From an uncultured bacterium (GTDB lineage: Bacteria; Oederibacteriota; Oederibacteriia; Oederibacteriales; Oederibacteriaceae), in assembly GCA_965112635.1 (NCBI GenBank), contig OZ218778.1:1376001-1440000 (forward strand): 64,000 nt of DNA, read 5' to 3'. How positions within the stretch are numbered: the stretch's first letter is position 1; every line of letters begins with the position of its first letter. The position numbers were made by a program, and so were the translations under genes. The notes beneath the pieces are model-generated. The model saw only the letters and a list, made by a program, of their open reading frames with translations, was not told where the DNA came from and ran no database searches. Of this stretch, positions 33,046 to 42,423 are shown in pieces.

Positions 33046-34438
33046 TTTGATCCTCCTTAGGTTGTTGATTTTGTGATTGGATATGCACTTCTTCACAAGC
33101 AATTTCCCGGCGTTCTCCATCCGGGGTCAGTAATATCATTTTACCCTTTTCTCCGTGAAGGCTGACCTGTTGTTCACCAATTTGCCCCACCAGATACACG
33201 GGTTTACGCGGCTCTTCGTTGATGGCCAGGCGCAATTCGTTGTCAGTAATGGCTTTTTGGATGGATTTTCTGACTTCGGATTCGGCCTCAAAATACCGGT
33301 CAGCAGGGATCATATTATCAATTCCCTGATGCTGGCGAAAATGGTTGTAATACGCAAAGAAATGGGCCAAACGCTCCCGGGCATCGGTCAGGTCTCTAGG
33401 CTCCACTCTGCACCAAAACTCTTCGTCAACTGTTTTCCAAAAACGCTCGCATTTACCCAGGGTTTGCGGGTGGTGGGAGCGAGCCACGACATGTTTGATG
33501 CCCTGTTTTTTGAGCAGTTTCTCAAATTTGCTATGACCTCTCCAGGCAAAATATTGCCGTCCCTGGTCGGTCAGGACCTCCAGGGGTTTGCCGAAGCGGG
33601 AAACTCCTTCCTGATAGGTCTCTATCAGCGCGGCTGCAGTGGCATTGCTGAAAAGACCCCAGGAGACGATGTAGCGGCTGAAGTCGTCCATGAAAACGAC
33701 CAGGTGAACCCGCTGGCCCACCCGGTGCAAGACAAAGCTGGTGAAGTCACTTTGCCATAGTGCATTGGGGCGGCTCCGCTCAAACCGGCGGGGGAGATGC
33801 CTTTTCCGAGGACGGGCAGGGGCGGGAGATGGGGAAAAACGGCCGGACCGGTACAGGATCTTTTGGATGCTTCCAGCGCTCACCTTGAGAGCCCTGAAAC
33901 GCTTTAAAAAGTGGCCCAGACGCTTGAATCCGAACTGTGGGAATTGGTCCTTGGCCGCTATCACTGCCTGCTGAAGACCGATGGACAGGCGGCTGGTTCT
34001 TGGTTTACGCCGCTCACCTTGGTAGGGGCGCTCCAAGCCGTCAGCTCCATGGGCCTCATAAGCTATGATCCACTGGCGAAGGGTTCCCCGCGCGATACCC
34101 CAAACTTGGGAAAACGCGTCCAAGGTCATTCCTGATTTCAGGAACGCCTCACAGGCTTGCTTTCTCTGGTCCAGGCGATAGTGTGTCTGGCTGTATGCCT
34201 GAGAAAGGCTCTTGGTGAACCTAGGCTGGAGACCTTGCTCCCCATAGGCTCCATACTGCCTTTTCCACTTGTACAGGCTGACGGGAGTGATGTGGTGCTC
34301 TTGGCAGAACTCTCTGACCGGCCCTGTTCTATGCTCCAATGCCTGGAGCAGTGCCAGTTTCTGTTCTGGGGTTATGATCCTGCCTGTTACAGGGCCCCCA
34401 TGACCCTCTTCTGGCTGTGGTGCTAAAGTGCTTACCAT
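32603..34438 (-). CDS. IS ORF1: DDE transposase (tandem HTH plus rve core) with low-complexity tail
   Basis: RRFERSRPNALWQSD, DDFSRY, LTDQG, HPQTLGKCER, YNHFRQHQG; AGGAG RBS. Confidence 0.9.
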   Translation of the reverse strand: MVSTLAPQPEEGHGGPVTGRIITPEQKLALLQALEHRTGPVREFCQEHHITPVSLYKWKRQYGAYGEQGLQPRFTKSLSQAYSQTHYRLDQRKQACEAFLKSGMTLDAFSQVWGIARGTLRQWIIAYEAHGADGLERPYQGERRKPRTSRLSIGLQQAVIAAKDQFPQFGFKRLGHFLKRFRALKVSAGSIQKILYRSGRFSPSPAPARPRKRHLPRRFERSRPNALWQSDFTSFVLHRVGQRVHLVVFMDDFSRYIVSWGLFSNATAAALIETYQEGVSRFGKPLEVLTDQGRQYFAWRGHSKFEKLLKKQGIKHVVARSHHPQTLGKCERFWKTVDEEFWCRVEPRDLTDARERLAHFFAYYNHFRQHQGIDNMIPADRYFEAESEVRKSIQKAITDNELRLAINEEPRKPVYLVGQIGEQQVSLHGEKGKMILLTPDGERREIACEEVHIQSQNQQPKEDQNGRETNTRETAERPAAPDGNGQPQAPAQGPQETPPVQDPSEISLSSQSPVECGDRRGETAGAPDRSGPPASVAGPDFPGGSSPTAGNIPPADMAAVPAGCFRDALGSVDPAQDSQGSHSPDGLQLSQGHGEETAGNGGPVENPAGAH

Positions 34439-34566
34439 GATCCGTCTCCTCTCTTTGACCTTGATTCCCCTCTGGAGACGGTCTAAACTTCACTCATGCT
34501 GACACAAAAACCGGAAGTATTTTCGTTAGGCACTACAGAGCCTATAATCATTAGATTGAGGTAACC

Positions 34567-35988
34567 ATGTCTAAGATACTCCAAACACAATTAAGGGTTT
34601 TCCTGAGCATCCTGCCTGTTACTTTAGCACTTGTCCTTGGGATTTCCCTGGTCTATGGCGGCGATGCCCAGACCCATTTTCAAAAAGGGAGCCAGCTGGA
34701 AGCTACCAAGGATTATCAGGGTGCCCTGACCGAATTCCAAGCGGTTTTGGCCGCCCAACCGGATAATACGACCGCCCGAGAGCAGCTAGGTAATTGCTAT
34801 TATTATTTGGGCGATATTCCTCAAGCTCTACAAACCTATACCACCTGCCTAAAAGCTGACCCTTCCAATACCAAACTGAAAGAAATGGTAGATTATTTGA
34901 ACACCAAAGTGGCTGCTGACGCGACCTCAAACAAGGGAAACGATAACCCAACGGCGGGTATGGCAAATTCCGACCAAACGAGTGATAAAGACACAAAAGA
35001 AGTGATCAATGATTCGGACGAAGCGGACACCGATATGGATCACGAGATAGCAGATGCCTTGGGTGAAAAAGGGATTAAAAAAAAGCCATTCCATTCCCAG
35101 TGGGGCATCCGTTTACGAGGAGGTTATGGCTGGGGCCTGACCAATAATGTTTATGGACAACAAGCCACGGCGGACAACACGAATCCTATCCAATTTCCTT
35201 ATGGTTTGGGCGAAGGCATTTCCTACGGAGCCGAGATCACCTATAGCATCTCACCCAGCTTTGAAATAGGGCTAGGGGTTTTCCCTTTATCCATCAATAC
35301 CAGCGATCAAGCTTACATCCAAACGACCCTTACCGCGCAGTCTTATAATCCATCCGTCCTGCTGAACGAATTCCCGGTCATGGCCCATCTGTATAACAGC
35401 ACCCCGCTGTCCAAAGACCTGAATATTTTTACAGGTTTTGGGGTAGGAATCGTCCTAGGGCAGAATTATGTTCAGAACTCCACGACCAGCACTACGGATA
35501 TATTAACTGGGAGACTAGCTACCACCACCGGGACTTTTACGGCCAGCTACGACCCAACCGCAGCATTCCGGGGCGTTATCGGGGCTGAATACAAGCTCAA
35601 TAAACATTTCTCTTTGGCTTTGGATGTAGCTCTTTTGCTGGCCAACCTGACCGCCAACCAAACGGTTAACCAAGAAATTACCACCCATAGCGGCGGGGAG
35701 GTGGACACGACCCTCATCACCAATAATTTTGTTGCCAGTCCTCCGGTCGCTGTAGGGGCCACAACGACAGAAACCACTTCTCAAACCGGCAATAGGACCA
35801 CCACGGTCGACACCTCGGACAACGGAGTCACTCAAATCGTCACCACGACGGTAACCAACACAGCACACCCTAATATCGTCTATAGCAAAAATACGATCGA
35901 AACGAGCACGCTCCTAGCAGGTTCCAGTACGGATAATTTACATTTCAACCAGCTTTCTACCGCCTTAACTTTGATCTATAGATTTTGA
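34567..35988 (+). CDS. Secreted TPR protein with C-terminal outer-membrane beta-barrel
   Basis: Signal peptide, TPR pair (ALTEFQAVLAAQPDN...LGNCYYYLGD), amphipathic strands, terminal LIYRF. Confidence 0.7.
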   Translation: MSKILQTQLRVFLSILPVTLALVLGISLVYGGDAQTHFQKGSQLEATKDYQGALTEFQAVLAAQPDNTTAREQLGNCYYYLGDIPQALQTYTTCLKADPSNTKLKEMVDYLNTKVAADATSNKGNDNPTAGMANSDQTSDKDTKEVINDSDEADTDMDHEIADALGEKGIKKKPFHSQWGIRLRGGYGWGLTNNVYGQQATADNTNPIQFPYGLGEGISYGAEITYSISPSFEIGLGVFPLSINTSDQAYIQTTLTAQSYNPSVLLNEFPVMAHLYNSTPLSKDLNIFTGFGVGIVLGQNYVQNSTTSTTDILTGRLATTTGTFTASYDPTAAFRGVIGAEYKLNKHFSLALDVALLLANLTANQTVNQEITTHSGGEVDTTLITNNFVASPPVAVGATTTETTSQTGNRTTTVDTSDNGVTQIVTTTVTNTAHPNIVYSKNTIETSTLLAGSSTDNLHFNQLSTALTLIYRF

Positions 35989-36004
35989 TATAAAAGGCTA
36001 AAAA

Positions 36005-36976
36005 ATGTCCTTTAGAGCTTTGCGTTTGAATAACCTAAAATTCATCGTCTACTCAACAGGTATCTTTATTCTGGTCTCCCCCGGGCATACCTCCAGCTCT
36101 GCAGGCGTTATCTACAGTTGGGGGGTGAATTATTACGGTGCAGAAGCGACCGCCTCCCTAGACCTGGACAAAGATGCGGTCTGGAACACCGGCTTGGACT
36201 ACAGCTACGGCAACAGCACCGATTCCACCACCCCGAGTATCACGAACCAGATCACTCTCAGTCTGACGCGCAGTGTGGAAGAGACCTGGGAATATGAAAG
36301 TTCCGCAACCTACTCCGCCGACACCACCAACGGCATTTATTTTGCCGGCCCCAGCTTGGAGGTCTCCTACACGGCGAACAAGTCCTCCGCCAAAGACGAT
36401 GAGAACCTCTTGTCCGATGACGCGGACGATGAGCTTTGGAGCTGTTCGCTCACAGGTAACATCTATGGGTACCAGGCCAATGTGGGCCAATATTCCGCTA
36501 CGGGCCTTAACAAAAAGGGGCTGGATTATACCTATATGGAGGGGACGGGCGTACTTTACGACACCCAGTTTAATCCCCGCCTTGATCTTGAAGTCCCTCT
36601 CTGGGCCGGCCTGCTGACCCCGTCCGTTTCTTATAGTCATTATTTCTACTCATCGGACCCGGCCGTCATCGCGGGCATCATCAATAAACGATTCAGTTCC
36701 AGTCCGGCAGCAGCTCAGATCAACAACCTGGTCGGAAGGTTGTACTACAACTCCTGGCAAGGGGTCCTTATGGCTGAACTGCCCTGGAATATCATGGTGG
36801 ACGGAAACTATGGACAGCAGGAGTTGGTCAGCCCGGATACCTGGATCAGTTCGTATGGCGCTGACTTTGCGGTAAAATTCCTGGATAAATTGCGTGCCAA
36901 ATTGTCCTTCTCCGAAACGGATCAGACCGGCACTTTTCAGGATGTCTATTCGGCGGGTTTGACCTACACCTTTTAA
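36005..36976 (+). CDS. Putative outer-membrane beta-barrel protein
   Basis: Alternating aromatic/polar strands, terminal YSAGLTYTF BAM-type signal. Confidence 0.6.
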   Translation: MSFRALRLNNLKFIVYSTGIFILVSPGHTSSSAGVIYSWGVNYYGAEATASLDLDKDAVWNTGLDYSYGNSTDSTTPSITNQITLSLTRSVEETWEYESSATYSADTTNGIYFAGPSLEVSYTANKSSAKDDENLLSDDADDELWSCSLTGNIYGYQANVGQYSATGLNKKGLDYTYMEGTGVLYDTQFNPRLDLEVPLWAGLLTPSVSYSHYFYSSDPAVIAGIINKRFSSSPAAAQINNLVGRLYYNSWQGVLMAELPWNIMVDGNYGQQELVSPDTWISSYGADFAVKFLDKLRAKLSFSETDQTGTFQDVYSAGLTYTF

Positions 36977-38532
36977 TGTAAGATAACGAACTTTCCCATC
37001 ACCCGGTAATCGACGCTCCCTTTTTTCGCCTCCACCCAGTAGTAGTACACGCCGTTGGATAGCGCATTGCCCTGGCCATCCTTGAGGTCCAACGGCAGGG
37101 TATAAGCATACTGGGCGATCCCGTTATTGATCACTCCCTGCAGATTGGACGACCCATTGAGGTCGGTAAGATAAATGGACCGCACCATCCGGATGGAGAG
37201 CGTATAGATCCGTACCGTGAGATTATCCGGAACATCGGTCATCCTCATATAAAGCATGATCTGCTTTGAATATTTGACCGGATTAGGATACGGGCAGTGT
37301 TCCACGATCTGCAGGATATCGCTAGGCGTGGGCGTGAGGGTTGAGGTCAAAGTAACCGTCCCAGTCTGGGTCGGTGTGCAGGATGCGCTCAGTGTATTGG
37401 TGATGGTCGCGGTCGTAGAGCTGGTCAAAGTCTGGCTTGATGTCACGGTCTGGGAAAAAGTCAGCGTGGCTGTTTTTGTCGCGGAAGGGGTCGGGGTCTG
37501 ACTGATGGTAAAAGTTTGAGTGTTGGTATAAGTGGTGCTCGGGGTCAACGTCTGAGTAAAGGTGGAGGTCACGGTGGGCGTGGATTCTACGAGCTTCCAC
37601 ACACCGCCGCCGTCGGTCCCAAGATATAAAGTGCTGTTGGCCGTATCAAAAGTAATGCGCTGGGGACTGCTGTAGGGCACTCCTGTCACACGCGCCCAGC
37701 TCGTCCCTGCATTGAGGCTTTCGTAAAGGCCCTGCGCCTCGGTGGAAAGGAAGACCCGGTTGGTGTTTTGAGGATCGATCAGAGGCGACATCCCGTCATA
37801 GTAAGGAAAATCGCTCGGCAAAGTCAACTTGGCCCAATGAGTCCCGCCATCCGACGTTTTATAAATGCCCCCCTGAGCTTGAAAATGGGAACCAGGCGGC
37901 GGGTCATAGACTCCGTCGCTCGCCGCAATGTAGATCACACTGCTATGATTGGGGTCCACATCGAATTGCATCGGCGAATACAAAGGAATACCGCCGTGCA
38001 GGGTATCCACACTGGTCGCGATGTTCTGCCAAGTGGTCCCTCCATTGGTGGATTTAAAAAGACCGCCGGCATCCGCGTAGGTGTACGGTGAGGAAGAGGT
38101 CGCTCTCGGCCCCAACAAGCAGAACAAAGTGCCGTCCTGGTGCAGCTTAAGCAGGTAGGTGTGATGATTCTGGCCGATGGAGATCGCCGCGGTCGCGTTC
38201 CAGGAAGCGCCGGAGTTGGTGGACTTATAGACTCCGCCTCCCCACATGGACACATAAAGGGTCGCCGGCGAACTGCTCGTATCCGAAATAATAGAACAAG
38301 CCGGATAAGGTTCAGGAGGGTTGGGACCGGCAGGCAGGCCGCTGGACGAATCAGACCAGGTCACTCCCTGGTCCGTACTTTTCCAGACCCCTCCGTATCC
38401 CCAGGTCCCCGAAGCCGTGGCGTCAAAAGGCTTGTGGGGAATATCGTGCTGGCCCGACATGGCCGCGTAGACCACATTAGGCTGTGAGGGATCAAAAGCC
38501 AGCTGGTAGATCGTATTGGCCAGATTAGGTTT
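36973..38532 (-). pseudogene. BNR/Asp-box beta-propeller protein with Thr-rich linker and T9SS-like CTD, 5'-truncated by IS
   Basis: Repeated GG.(W/Y/F)KST.GG.TW, TPT linker, PYPNP...NGVYYY...GKFVILH; the listed start codon lies inside the IS end. Confidence 0.8.
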
Positions 38533-38559
38533 TGTAGTGCCCACGATATTTCTTCCGGC

Positions 38560-39723
38560 TTAGCCAGCTAGGGAAGTCGACCGCAGAGGGGTTTGTAACC
38601 CATATGCTACGACTTGCCGGACAGCAGTAACGCCATCCTTGAAAACAACTAGAGCCTTTCTGACGCCGTTTGACGCCTCCAATGTATCCCTTTGCATCTC
38701 AGAATGCAAGACGCTCATCTTTGGTCTGATGACTTGTGCCAGGCCGTACGCCTCAAGTAGGTCGTAGACGGCGATGCGCCAGGCATAATGCAACTGCCTT
38801 TTAGTCATACCGGGACGCTCAACATCACGCATGGCAGCCTTAGCGCGTGCGTAGAACTCATCCCTTGTGACGCGTTCTTGCCAGTGAGGCATCGTGCGGT
38901 GGAGACATGAGGCGGTTTGATATCCCTTAGATGCGCGCAAGCGACCATCGTCCAGCGTGTGGATGGCCTGGAACAGCCTGGTTTGCGCTTCCAAGAGATT
39001 CGTGAATATCACCCCCTTTCCGAGTTGGGATTCGGCTTTGAGTTCGCCGAAATATCTTTCAACAGCGCCGTTGTCCTGGGCGCAGTAAGGCCGGGACGGC
39101 AGGGCAATGACCTTATGCCTGGCCAAGTAGGACAGGACAGCATCACTGCGATACGCTGAGCCGTTGTCAGTCATCCAAACCAGAGGCAGGCCGTTCGTCT
39201 GCCTGATCAGCTCAAGGAGCTCGATGATATCCTGAGCAGAGCCTGAGTCATGCAGGGACAACCCTACGGTCTTGAGCGAGCCCCGGTCTTTGACGAGCTC
39301 AGTATCCACCGGCGCTTGGCCCATCCTGCCCAGATGGGTGCGGTCCTGGGCGTAGACGGCGCCTTTAACTTGAACCCGTAAGCCGAGATGATGGTCCCGG
39401 CGGTGCTTTTCCAGCCTGTAGCGGTGCCTTTTCTTGATGGCCGAAAGAGTATGCTGGACTAGCCGGGTCGGGAGCCAGGGGAGGTTTCTGCGGATGCTAT
39501 CGCATCCTGCGTTCCACCCCTGGCGTTTGACCTCCCGCCTGACCTCCAAAAGGGCCTTTAACTTCAGGGCCGGGGAGTGGCCTTTTCGACCAGGGTTTTG
39601 TGGTTCCTGGACAAGCCAACTCCTCACGGTCCTGTCGCTGACATGGAAAAAATCAGCTGCCACGCGTTTTGCCTCCCTCGGGGTTGGATGGCTCTGGAGC
39701 CATTGTTTTAGGCTTAGGCGCAT
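38560..39723 (-). CDS. IS ORF3, copy 2 (second DDE protein)
   Basis: Translation identical to 31359-32522. Confidence 0.85.
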   Translation of the reverse strand: MRLSLKQWLQSHPTPREAKRVAADFFHVSDRTVRSWLVQEPQNPGRKGHSPALKLKALLEVRREVKRQGWNAGCDSIRRNLPWLPTRLVQHTLSAIKKRHRYRLEKHRRDHHLGLRVQVKGAVYAQDRTHLGRMGQAPVDTELVKDRGSLKTVGLSLHDSGSAQDIIELLELIRQTNGLPLVWMTDNGSAYRSDAVLSYLARHKVIALPSRPYCAQDNGAVERYFGELKAESQLGKGVIFTNLLEAQTRLFQAIHTLDDGRLRASKGYQTASCLHRTMPHWQERVTRDEFYARAKAAMRDVERPGMTKRQLHYAWRIAVYDLLEAYGLAQVIRPKMSVLHSEMQRDTLEASNGVRKALVVFKDGVTAVRQVVAYGLQTPLRSTSLAG

Positions 39724-40246
39724 TTCTTTGGTGAGTCTTTTTTTTTCCCTTGGCCTTGCCTGGTTTAGAGTCCTCCCGGTAGGCTGGGAAGGATTTCAGG
39801 AGGTCAATGAGCTCCTGCTGGATTTTCAACTGGACCTCCATTTCCCGCAGTTTCTTCTCCATGGCCTTGGCTGAGTTGCAGGCCATCAGGGCTGTGGCTC
39901 CCTTGCGAGTCCTGGGCTGGGTCAACAGACCCGAGAGCATCCCTGAAACAGCCTGCTGGGACAGCTGCCATATCCGCAGGGGGGATATTTCCAGCTGTTG
40001 GGCTGCTTCCTCCCGGGAAATCTGGCCCAGCCACACTTGCAGGAGGGCCACTCCTGTCCGGTGCGCCAGCTGTTTCTCCTCTTCGGTCGCCGCATTCCAC
40101 AGGGCTTTGACTGGAAAGGGAAATTTCGCTGGGATCTTGAACTGGGGGCGTTTCTTGCGGACCTTGTGCGGGGGCTTGAGGCTGTCCGTTACCGTCTGGG
40201 GCTGCAGGTCTTTCTGCGGTTTCTCTGGTGTTGGTTTCTCGTCCAT
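39653..40246 (-). CDS. IS ORF2, copy 2 (HTH/coiled coil)
   Basis: Translation identical to copy 1. Confidence 0.75.
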   Translation of the reverse strand: MDEKPTPEKPQKDLQPQTVTDSLKPPHKVRKKRPQFKIPAKFPFPVKALWNAATEEEKQLAHRTGVALLQVWLGQISREEAAQQLEISPLRIWQLSQQAVSGMLSGLLTQPRTRKGATALMACNSAKAMEKKLREMEVQLKIQQELIDLLKSFPAYREDSKPGKAKGKKKTHQRNAPKPKTMAPEPSNPEGGKTRGS

Positions 40247-41639
40247 TTTGATCCTCCTTAGGTTGTTGATTTTGTGATTGGATATGCACTTCTTCACAAG
40301 CAATTTCCCGGCGTTCTCCATCCGGGGTCAGTAATATCATTTTACCCTTTTCTCCGTGAAGGCTGACCTGTTGTTCACCAATTTGCCCCACCAGATACAC
40401 GGGTTTACGCGGCTCTTCGTTGATGGCCAGGCGCAATTCGTTGTCAGTAATGGCTTTTTGGATGGATTTTCTGACTTCGGATTCGGCCTCAAAATACCGG
40501 TCGGCAGGGATCATATTATCGATCCCCTGATGCTGGCGAAAGTGATTGTAGTGCGCGAAGAAATGGGCCAACCGTTCCCTGGCTTCGGTCAGATCCTTAG
40601 GCTCCACCCTGCACCAAAACTCATCATTGACGGTTTTCCAAAGCCGCTCGCATTTGCCGACTGTCTGGGGGTGGTGGGAACGGGCCACGACTTGCTTGAT
40701 ACCCTGTTTTTTGAGCAGCTTTTCAAACTCCCCATGGCCTCTCCAGGAAAAATATTGCGGTCCCTGGTCGGTCAAAACCTCCAGTGGTTTGCCAAAACGG
40801 GAAACACCCTCCTGAAAGGTCTGTATCACGGCATCCGCAGAGGCACGAGTGGTAAGGCCCCAGGAGATGACGTAGCGGCTGAAATCATCCAGGAAAACGA
40901 CCAGGTAGGCCCGCAGTCCCTGCCGGTGCAGGACAAAGCTGGTGATGTCGCTTTGCCATAGCTCGTTGGGACGACTTCGCTCAAACCGGCGGGGGAGATG
41001 CCTTTTCCGAGGACGGGCAGGGGCGGGAGATGGGGAAAAACGGCCGGACCGGTACAGGATCTTTTGGATGCTTCCAGCGCTCACCTTGAGAGCCCTGAAA
41101 CGCTTTAGAAAATGGCCCAGGCGCTTGAACCCATAGTACGGGAATTGGTCTTTGGCCTCTATCACCGCCTGCTGAAGACTGCTGGGTAGACGGCTTGTTT
41201 TTGGCTTGAGGAGTTTGCTTTGAAATGGCCGCTCCAAGCCACGAACTCCATTGGCCTCATAGGCTTTGACCCACTGCCGCAGGGTGGCCTGCCCGATGCC
41301 CCAAACCTTGGAAAAGGCATCCTGGGACATACCTGATTTTAGGTATGCTTCGCAGGCCTGTTTTCTTTGGTCCAGGCGATAGTGTGTATGGCTGGGTCTC
41401 TGAGAAAGCTTCCCCTTGAAATTGGCCTGAAGCCCTTGAGCACCATAGGCCTCAAACTGCTTTTTCCACCTGTACAGGGTTGTGGTGGTTATACCGTGCT
41501 CGCGGCAAAAGTCCTTGACCGAACCTTGTGTGCGCTCAGATGCTTGGAGAAATGTCAGCTTCTGTTCTGGGGATAGGAGCTTAACGGCTCCTGGCACTCC
41601 CTGATCCCCTCCCGTCTGTTCGTTCTGGATGTCTGTCAT
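39804..41639 (-). CDS. IS ORF1, copy 2: DDE transposase, divergent allele
   Basis: Same length (611 aa) and motifs as copy 1; N-terminal 60% substituted, C-terminal part identical. Confidence 0.9.
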   Translation of the reverse strand: MTDIQNEQTGGDQGVPGAVKLLSPEQKLTFLQASERTQGSVKDFCREHGITTTTLYRWKKQFEAYGAQGLQANFKGKLSQRPSHTHYRLDQRKQACEAYLKSGMSQDAFSKVWGIGQATLRQWVKAYEANGVRGLERPFQSKLLKPKTSRLPSSLQQAVIEAKDQFPYYGFKRLGHFLKRFRALKVSAGSIQKILYRSGRFSPSPAPARPRKRHLPRRFERSRPNELWQSDITSFVLHRQGLRAYLVVFLDDFSRYVISWGLTTRASADAVIQTFQEGVSRFGKPLEVLTDQGPQYFSWRGHGEFEKLLKKQGIKQVVARSHHPQTVGKCERLWKTVNDEFWCRVEPKDLTEARERLAHFFAHYNHFRQHQGIDNMIPADRYFEAESEVRKSIQKAITDNELRLAINEEPRKPVYLVGQIGEQQVSLHGEKGKMILLTPDGERREIACEEVHIQSQNQQPKEDQNGRETNTRETAERPAAPDGNGQPQAPAQGPQETPPVQDPSEISLSSQSPVECGDRRGETAGAPDRSGPPASVAGPDFPGGSSPTAGNIPPADMAAVPAGCFRDALGSVDPAQDSQGSHSPDGLQLSQGHGEETAGNGGPVENPAGAH

Positions 41640-41738
41640 TATCCGTCTCCTCTCTTTCCCCTTGAATTCCCTCTGGAGACGGTCTAAACTTCACTCATGC
41701 TGACACAAAAACCGGAAGTATTTTCGTTAGGCACTACA

Positions 41739-41980
41739 TGAGCTATTTCCTTCCTACTTCGGATGCAGATCAAGTCACTATCAGGATTTACACGCTCTCC
41801 GCCAGACTAATCAGGGTCATTGGAAACTGCCCTAAGGATTATGGGACCAACTCCTGCACTTGGGATGTTAAAGATGCCAACGGCTTTGGGCTGAGTAACG
41901 GGCTTTATTTCTATAGCGTTGAAGTTGTCCGTGGTTCCACCCATGTGAGGCAGGCCGGGAAAATCGCTATCACCCGCTGA
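41739..41980 (+). pseudogene. Orphan FlgD-Ig/T9SS-like C-terminal domain fragment
   Basis: IRIYTLSARLIR...WDVKDANG..LSNGLYFY...GKIAITR; the apparent ATG uses the last base of the IS. Confidence 0.75.
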
Positions 41981-42032
41981 GCTTCAAGCACGCTCAGCGG
42001 AAAAATTCAAAAACAGGTCAGGGGGTAAAAAA

Positions 42033-42290
42033 ATGAAAAAGATTAAGGCTGGTTTAGTAGGGGTATCCCTTTTATTGGGGGGGATTACTTTTGGCTTTAC
42101 ACAGACTACTAAAGCACAAATTCAGCAGACCATTGTGCAGGACAGAGCAACTGTCAAGGCTGACTTTGCAAAGCTTAAGCTGGATAGGAAGAGCGGCAAT
42201 AAGAGCCTGTTAGCTCAGGACTTAACCACCCTCAAAGCAGATCGAAAGAAAATGAGAAGTGACATGAAACTTTTGAAGGGCGCGAAATAA
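42033..42290 (+). CDS. Small secreted helical protein, unknown function
   Basis: Signal peptide, Lys/Asp-rich helical repeat, GGGGG RBS-like run. Confidence 0.6.
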   Translation: MKKIKAGLVGVSLLLGGITFGFTQTTKAQIQQTIVQDRATVKADFAKLKLDRKSGNKSLLAQDLTTLKADRKKMRSDMKLLKGAK

Positions 42291-42423
42291 TAGAGAGACT
42301 GCCCCCTGGTATTTAAGAAAACCAAACCCTTCAAGTGGAGGAGTAACAAACATAATAGACTCTTCCCTACGAAAACCACGGGCGTAATCCCGTGGAAGTT
42401 TATTTGATAATGAGAAGGATAAG

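Larger units (their letters stand above)
31332..34537 (-). mobile_element. IS481-like element, copy 1 (3206 bp, three ORFs)
   Basis: Imperfect TIRs tgtagtgcccacgatatttcttccgg / ccggaagtattttcgttaggcactaca; second copy at 38533-41738. Confidence 0.9.
38533..41738 (-). mobile_element. IS481-like element, copy 2 (3206 bp)
   Basis: Same TIRs and length as copy 1, offset 7201 bp, same orientation. Confidence 0.9.

Noticed and set aside
37320-37590. Periodic low-complexity sequence
   Set aside because: Encodes the Thr-rich linker of the BNR protein.
31332-41738. Clean composite transposon insertion
   Set aside because: No direct repeat at the outer ends, and the flanking gene fragments do not rejoin into a complete protease; kept only as a hypothesis.
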